Made by a program: the position numbers and the translations under genes
In this document: one piece after another, positions 23,712 to 28,056 of the stretch
How the letters are laid out: each line of letters starts with the position of its first letter
Position numbering within the stretch: position 1 is the stretch's first letter
The notes under the pieces: generated by a model
Told to the model about the DNA's origin: nothing
What the model saw: only the letters and a program-made list of their open reading frames with translations
The model's database searches: none
Virus record (IMG/VR): IMGVR_UViG_3300032233_001815
Span: 1-28,056 of that record
Length of the DNA: 28,056 nt
DNA from: a virus
Taxonomy: Duplodnaviria; Caudoviricetes
Direction: 5' to 3' (one strand)

Positions 23712-23912
23712 ATGGAAAAGATTTTGGAACTGTTAAGCGTATCGCCCTCCATCCTCGCTGCTATCAGCATGGCAATCGAGCTTGCTTGCCGCCTTGCCCA
23801 GACGGAAAAGCCAATGGGCATCCTCCACGGCATCGCCGCAATCCTCCGGAAGCTGGCCGATCTTTCGGACTCCGTGCTTCCGCAGCGTATCAAGCAGGTG
23901 GATCACGAATAA
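23712..23912 (+). CDS. Putative holin-like small membrane protein
   Basis: 66 aa with two moderately hydrophobic/amphipathic helices, GGAG RBS, first gene of the cassette. Confidence 0.5.
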   Translation: MEKILELLSVSPSILAAISMAIELACRLAQTEKPMGILHGIAAILRKLADLSDSVLPQRIKQVDHE

Positions 23913-24094
23913 TGCTCGGGACCATCGGCGCGATTGTCGCGTTGCTCTCTCAGCTTCTTGAGCTTCTCAAGGGGCTGAAGAAAACACCCGCCGAAAAGGT
24001 CGCCGCAGTCATCGCGCGCGTGCGCGACGCTTCGCGCAAGACGGACGAAACCAAGGGAGATACCTCCGAGTATGAAGATGTTCTCCGCAAGTAG
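23912..24094 (+). CDS. Putative inner-membrane spanin-like protein (60 aa)
   Basis: TAATG coupling; N-terminal hydrophobic MLGTIGAIVALLSQLL followed by a charged helix; overlaps the lipoprotein gene. Confidence 0.55.
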   Translation: MLGTIGAIVALLSQLLELLKGLKKTPAEKVAAVIARVRDASRKTDETKGDTSEYEDVLRK

Positions 24095-24341
24095 GGGATT
24101 CGTCCTCGGGCTGATCTCTGGCCTCATGACCGGGCTCGCCTCATGCGGGCACGCGGGATTGAAGGCGAAGGTCTACTATCTCGACGCGGCGCAGGGCGGA
24201 TTGGTTCGGCAGCAATCAAGCGAGGTCATCCCGTTTGATCAAGCGACGGGCTATCGCTGCATGAGCCCCGCGGACTTCGATGCGGCCCTGACGCTGCTTC
24301 GGAGTTGCCTTGAGCAAAAGGGGGTCGATCTTGGCCCGTGA
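24072..24341 (+). CDS. Lipoprotein, putative outer-membrane spanin
   Basis: Signal peptide with lipobox LAS-C, two further Cys residues, overlapped with the preceding membrane protein gene. Confidence 0.65.
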   Translation: MKMFSASRGFVLGLISGLMTGLASCGHAGLKAKVYYLDAAQGGLVRQQSSEVIPFDQATGYRCMSPADFDAALTLLRSCLEQKGVDLGP

Positions 24342-24540
24342 CCTCAAGGATCGAGACATAGAATACCTCATGCAACTCATCGTCATGGTTGCTGGCCTCG
24401 TGGCCGGCGTATCGGTTTGGGCATACTCGACCTTTGAGACCGAGGAGCACGCCGAGCAACAGAAGACCACGATCGAGCGGCGTCTGGAGCGAATTGAAAA
24501 CAAGGTTGACGAGCTGCTTCGCCGCTCTAGTGGCCCGTGA
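24331..24540 (+). CDS. Single-TM coiled-coil protein (holin/XhlA-like)
   Basis: TM segment LIVMVAGLVAGVSVWAY then IERRLERIENKVDELL. Start uncertain (TTG 24310, TTG 24331 or ATG 24370). Confidence 0.55.
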   Translation: MARDLKDRDIEYLMQLIVMVAGLVAGVSVWAYSTFETEEHAEQQKTTIERRLERIENKVDELLRRSSGP

Positions 24541-24547
24541 CGAAGGA

Positions 24548-24575
24548 TTGACATTCACGCAAAACCGGCGACGAT
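24548..24575 (+). promoter_or_regulatory. Candidate promoter for a leaderless phosphoesterase transcript
   Basis: Perfect TTGACA, N16, weak -10 GACGAT, ATG 7 nt later with no SD. Confidence 0.4.
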
Positions 24576-24582
24576 AGCCACA

Positions 24583-25545
24583 ATGGACAATGACCTGTTG
24601 CATCGCGCGGTAATGGCCGTCAAGGACTTGGCTCTCGAACTCGGGCGATCGCCCACACGGGCTGAGTTCATTTCCCGAGTCGCCGGGGCCGAGGGAATCC
24701 TGAAAAGGGTCGGCGGCCTGACGATCGTTCTCAAGGCGGCCGGCCTCGACACCTACGAGGAACGGCGCACCGGAAAAAAAACCAAGATCAATAACCGGGT
24801 GTTCGAGGTCTCGATCGAGCAACATCTCGAAGCTTACGAACCGCGCGAGCCACGACCGAAGCAAACGTGGCCTCGAATCGCTGTCATCTCGGACATTCAT
24901 TGGCCCTTTCACTCACAGCGCGTCCTCGACGCGTTCTATGCGTTCATCGAGAAGCACAAGCCCGAGCATGTCATCATCAACGGGGACGCGTGGGATATGT
25001 ACTCGCACGCGAAGTTCCCGCGCTCACACAACGTATTCACGCCGAAAGAAGAACAGACAAAGGCCCGCGCCTCGAACGAAGAGTTTTGGAAGCGCGTTAA
25101 GGCCGTTTGCCCGAAGGCGAAGTGTTACCAACTGCTCGGCAACCACGACGTAAGACCCCTTAAACGGGTTCTGGAAAGCTATCCCGAAGCCGAGCACTGG
25201 GTCCAGCGCATGATGGAGGAGCTATTCACGTTCGATGGAGTGAAAACCTTCCACGACCCGCGCGAAGAATTGATGCTCCCGGGCGATATCTGCGTGCATC
25301 ACGGGTACCGCTCAAAGCTAGGGGACGCCCGAGATTACACGCGATTCAATTCCATCGTTGGGCACACACATCAAGGGGGCAGTGTATTCCGTCAGCTACG
25401 CGGCGAAGTCCTGTGGGAGTTGAACTCGGGAGTATCGGGAGATCCTGAGGCGAAGGGATTGACCTACACGCCCCAACGGATCACGAACTGGACGCCGGGC
25501 TTTGGCTGGGTCGACGAGTTTGGGCCTCGCTTTGTATCGGTATAG
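24583..25545 (+). CDS. Calcineurin-like metallophosphoesterase with N-terminal homing-endonuclease-associated-repeat-like domain
   Basis: Motifs SDIH, GDAWD, GNHD, HHG, GHTH; N-terminal ELGRSPTRAEF...GGLTIVLKAAGL. Confidence 0.88.
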   Translation: MDNDLLHRAVMAVKDLALELGRSPTRAEFISRVAGAEGILKRVGGLTIVLKAAGLDTYEERRTGKKTKINNRVFEVSIEQHLEAYEPREPRPKQTWPRIAVISDIHWPFHSQRVLDAFYAFIEKHKPEHVIINGDAWDMYSHAKFPRSHNVFTPKEEQTKARASNEEFWKRVKAVCPKAKCYQLLGNHDVRPLKRVLESYPEAEHWVQRMMEELFTFDGVKTFHDPREELMLPGDICVHHGYRSKLGDARDYTRFNSIVGHTHQGGSVFRQLRGEVLWELNSGVSGDPEAKGLTYTPQRITNWTPGFGWVDEFGPRFVSV

Positions 25546-26020
25546 GATTTAGCTCGTCGATCCTCACGTTGTAGCAGTCAGCGCGCACGGTGTACCCGTT
25601 GGACGGGTCGATCTCGCCCGCGCGCAGGTGACGCGCCCGCGCGAAGAACTCGTTGGGAGATAGGTAGCCAAGAAGGTACGCCGATTGATAGCCCGCTTCG
25701 GTTCGGTACAGGCTCACGAAAAAATAGAAGTCGGTTTTCTGCGTCGCGTTGTAGTTTGAGACCGAGCACTCGTGATGAGGCTTCGGCTGAACCGTTCGGT
25801 CTTTGGTTTTGATCTCGACCCGCTTTCCGTTGAGCAGGATATCGAAATCGTAGGAATCAACCCGGACGGCCTCGGGATAGGCTTTCAAAAAGGCCAGCTC
25901 CCCGAGAATCCCGGCGACGTTGCCTTGTCCCTGCCGGATGGAGTTCCGAAGCTCGCCCATGGCGGCATCGAGGCGGGCGGCCTCGCGGATCATCGCGGGG
26001 GTCAGATCAACCTTCAGCAT
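25481..26020 (-). CDS. PD-(D/E)XK nuclease-like protein
   Basis: GILGELAF...YDFDILLNGKRVEIKT catalytic pattern; DFYFFV. Confidence 0.7.
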   Translation of the reverse strand: MLKVDLTPAMIREAARLDAAMGELRNSIRQGQGNVAGILGELAFLKAYPEAVRVDSYDFDILLNGKRVEIKTKDRTVQPKPHHECSVSNYNATQKTDFYFFVSLYRTEAGYQSAYLLGYLSPNEFFARARHLRAGEIDPSNGYTVRADCYNVRIDELNPIPIQSEAQTRRPSQSPASSS

Positions 26021-26357
26021 TTTGCTCCGAGATGGGGCGATACATCCTGCCGTTTGAGCCCGAGAGATTCACCGGATACACGAGCCCGAGGTCTCGGGCG
26101 CGGCAATATAGCCTGTGATTCAGTTCCTCGACGTTGACCGGGTCGTTCGCGTACTTCTTCGCCCGCCGCTTGCGCTCAAGGAGAATCGCAACGGTGATGA
26201 TATCGTCCCAAGTATAGCGTTGGATCATCCCGGTCCCGGACGGGAGCGTGGGGGTTAGCTCGGCCTCACGGTCGATCGTCTTTGCGCGAAGCGTTTTAAG
26301 GCTCACGGCCGCGCACTGGACGATCTTCTGAACCTGCTCTGCATCGAAGGTTTGCAT
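26007..26357 (-). CDS. Hypothetical protein
   Basis: Start moved to ATG 26357 because the longer ORF crosses a terminator; overlaps the nuclease-like gene start. Confidence 0.55.
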   Translation of the reverse strand: MQTFDAEQVQKIVQCAAVSLKTLRAKTIDREAELTPTLPSGTGMIQRYTWDDIITVAILLERKRRAKKYANDPVNVEELNHRLYCRARDLGLVYPVNLSGSNGRMYRPISEQNAEG

Positions 26358-26384
26358 GCCCCAAAAAGTAGTCGAAAAGAACGG

Positions 26385-26419
26385 AAAGAAAAACCCCCGA
26401 AGGCCAATCCCTCGGGGGT
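26385..26419 (-). terminator. Rho-independent terminator after ssb
   Basis: Minus strand ACCCCCGAGGG-ATTGG-CCTTCGGGGGT followed by TTTTCTTT. Confidence 0.85.
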
Positions 26420-26467
26420 CCAATCGGTCGGCAGTCTTTAACACGCTTCTCAAGAAGCGCCGCCCGA

Positions 26468-26845
26468 TCAGAACGGAATGTCATCGAAGTTGATGTTGCT
26501 TTGAATCGGGGGCGGCGCATCCTGCGCGAGAGTGTTGACCACGGGGCCGGCAAGGATGCCGACCTCACGGGCGATCATCTCAAGGACGGCCGCGGCCTTC
26601 CCCGTCTTGTCCGTATACCCCCGGGCCTGAGGTTCTCCGGTGAGGCTGACGAGCTGGGTCTGTTGAAGCTCGTTCGCGAGCCGGCCGGCCTGTTGACCGA
26701 ACACTGTGACGCCGACCCGCTTCGGGTAGCGTCCGGCTTCGGTGGCCGGGATCTCGACCTGAAACTTAAGGTACTGGGTTCCCTTTGCCGATTGCGCCAA
26801 AGTAGGTTGCTTGCTGATATAGCCGACGACGTTTAGATTGAGCAT
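26468..26845 (-). CDS. ssb: Single-stranded DNA-binding protein
   Basis: OB-fold pattern VVGYISKQP...VTVFGQQA...VSLTGEPQARGYTDKTG and acidic tip FDDIPF. Confidence 0.93.
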   Translation of the reverse strand: MLNLNVVGYISKQPTLAQSAKGTQYLKFQVEIPATEAGRYPKRVGVTVFGQQAGRLANELQQTQLVSLTGEPQARGYTDKTGKAAAVLEMIAREVGILAGPVVNTLAQDAPPPIQSNINFDDIPF

Positions 26846-26847
26846 GG

Positions 26848-27636
26848 TTACCCTTTCTGGTTCTTGTTCGATGCGTTCTGAGCCGATTGTGCGCGTCTCG
26901 CGGCCTCTGCCGAGATCGCCGTGAGTGCCGTCTTGATCGGAGCGGGTGCGGTCTCGATGGTCAGGCCCTTGTCGTGCAGTTTGCCTTCGAGGGTCAGGCC
27001 ATACTCGGATAGTTCCCGAGCGTCGAGGTCGGACACTGCGCGGCCCTTGAACGGCCCGTCCGGGAATTTGTACGACGTGTCTTGTTCGGCCTTGCGGCGG
27101 GCAAGCATCGCTGCGCCCGGGCCCACGTCGGCCTGAGCCTTCGAGAGTGCGGCGTCGATGGTCTTGCCGATCTCGGCCTGAGCCCTGACGACCTCGTTGA
27201 TTTTGGAAACCGGGGCAACAGTAGTGGCGGCCTGAGCGACCGGCCGACGCGCCTGAGCGGTCTCTGCATCGTCGTCGGTCTGGTAGACGCCCACGATCGC
27301 GGCCAGCGCGTAGCGGCGAGCGTAGGAGATAGCCGACCCAAGGGCCTGAGGCTCATTCTTCAGCGGCAGGATGGGCATCCGGCCTGTGATGAACTCGCCC
27401 GATTCGTGCGCCAAGGTGGTCACGAGCTGCGTGCCCTGAGTCGTCTCGTCGGTGGTCTGGATCACCGCCAAACCGTTGGCGGTCAGGGGTTCGCGGCACG
27501 CGTCCCAGACCGACTGAAGGTCGGCGTAGCTCGACTTGAAGAAGGGGTTGGCGGAGTCCTTCACGGCCCCGCGGATCTTGGCTTGAGCCTTTGCGAGTGC
27601 GCCGGCGAGATTTCCGATGGTTTGAGATTGGTTCAT
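26848..27636 (-). CDS. erf: ERF-family single-strand annealing recombinase
   Basis: KDSANPFFKSSYADL...LAHESGE...PQALGSAISYARRYALAAIVG...DDDA; GGAGG RBS. Confidence 0.95.
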   Translation of the reverse strand: MNQSQTIGNLAGALAKAQAKIRGAVKDSANPFFKSSYADLQSVWDACREPLTANGLAVIQTTDETTQGTQLVTTLAHESGEFITGRMPILPLKNEPQALGSAISYARRYALAAIVGVYQTDDDAETAQARRPVAQAATTVAPVSKINEVVRAQAEIGKTIDAALSKAQADVGPGAAMLARRKAEQDTSYKFPDGPFKGRAVSDLDARELSEYGLTLEGKLHDKGLTIETAPAPIKTALTAISAEAARRAQSAQNASNKNQKG

Positions 27637-27658
27637 ATAGCGTTGTCCTCCGAAAACG

Positions 27659-27687
27659 GTCTTACCGGCAATATGGCCTCAAAGCAA
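27659..27687 (-). promoter_or_regulatory. Candidate sigma70-like promoter for erf-ssb
   Basis: Minus strand TTGCTT-N17-TAAGAC just upstream of the GGAGG RBS. Confidence 0.35.
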
Positions 27688-27692
27688 GAGAA

Positions 27693-27917
27693 TTATTCAG
27701 CCCCACGACGAGCATAAAATCGCGATTTATCTAAAGAAAGAACCGCTACTGCGATCGCCAAACGGATCGCTTCTTTAGGGCTCATTCTCGGATAAAGGGC
27801 CGCGTAACCATAATCACGGGCGCAGTAGGGGCAGGTTTCATGCTGTAACTCGCCTTCAGGAGTCACGAATTCAGATTCCCGCGATCCGAGACACATAGAA
27901 CAGGATTGCTCGAACAT
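27693..27917 (-). CDS. Small Zn-finger-like protein
   Basis: CSMC...CPYC pairs; GGAGGACAA RBS identical to that of erf. Confidence 0.65.
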   Translation of the reverse strand: MFEQSCSMCLGSRESEFVTPEGELQHETCPYCARDYGYAALYPRMSPKEAIRLAIAVAVLSLDKSRFYARRGAE

Positions 27918-27984
27918 AGAATTGTCCTCCAGATGCAGAAAGGACTAGACCGGAGCGATTTGGTTGTCTACTTGATTCGGGAAG

Positions 27985-28034
27985 AAAAAATCCCCGAATG
28001 GTTTGCCGCTTGAAAGGCTCTGCCATCCGGGGAT
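27985..28034 (-). terminator. Probable Rho-independent terminator
   Basis: Minus strand ATCCCCGGATGG...CCATTCGGGGAT stem followed by TTTTT; large, partly paired loop. Confidence 0.55.
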
Positions 28035-28056
28035 ATAGACTTAGGTGCTGAAACTA

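Larger units (their letters stand above)
1..28056. mobile_element. Tailed phage/prophage genome segment (siphovirus-like morphogenesis, lysis and part of the early recombination module)
   Basis: Contiguous terminase-portal-protease-capsid-tail-lysis genes, then ERF/SSB on the opposite strand. No host housekeeping genes, integrase or att site in the window. Confidence 0.97.

Noticed and set aside
23675-23911. N-terminal 79 codons of ORF 23675-24094
   Set aside because: Starts inside the leader hairpin and overlaps the 66-aa gene; the TAATG-coupled start at 23912 is more plausible.
1-28056. Stop-codon reassignment
   Set aside because: Genes are full length and tightly packed under code 11, and all three stop codons are used as real stops.

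Overview
This window is about 28 kb of a tailed dsDNA phage or prophage with siphovirus-type organisation (tail tube and tape measure, no sheath). The + strand carries, in order: the 3' end of a fibre/structural gene, ParB-fused DNA methyltransferase, TerS, TerL, a tRNA-like RNA, MuF/gp7, portal, prohead protease-scaffold, decoration protein, Mu gpT-like major capsid, neck genes, tail tube, tail chaperone with a -1 frameshift site, tape measure and tail-tip/fibre genes. A lysis region follows, with a reverse-oriented DUF5675-like gene, holin/spanin-like genes and a metallophosphoesterase. The end of a convergent early module lies on the - strand (nuclease-like ORF, SSB, ERF recombinase, Zn-finger). 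A spanin-like lipoprotein suggests a Gram-negative host. No integrase, att site, CRISPR or reverse transcriptase is visible. The most unusual elements are: a tRNA scaffold whose anticodon loop is enlarged and holds a CsrA-type CANGGANG motif, with the same motif at a hairpin apex before the lysis genes; a protease polyprotein carrying an extra domain between putative Glu cleavage sites; the inverted putative lysin; and a structured intergenic RNA at 498-580. Family assignments come from motif recognition and gene order, not database searches.
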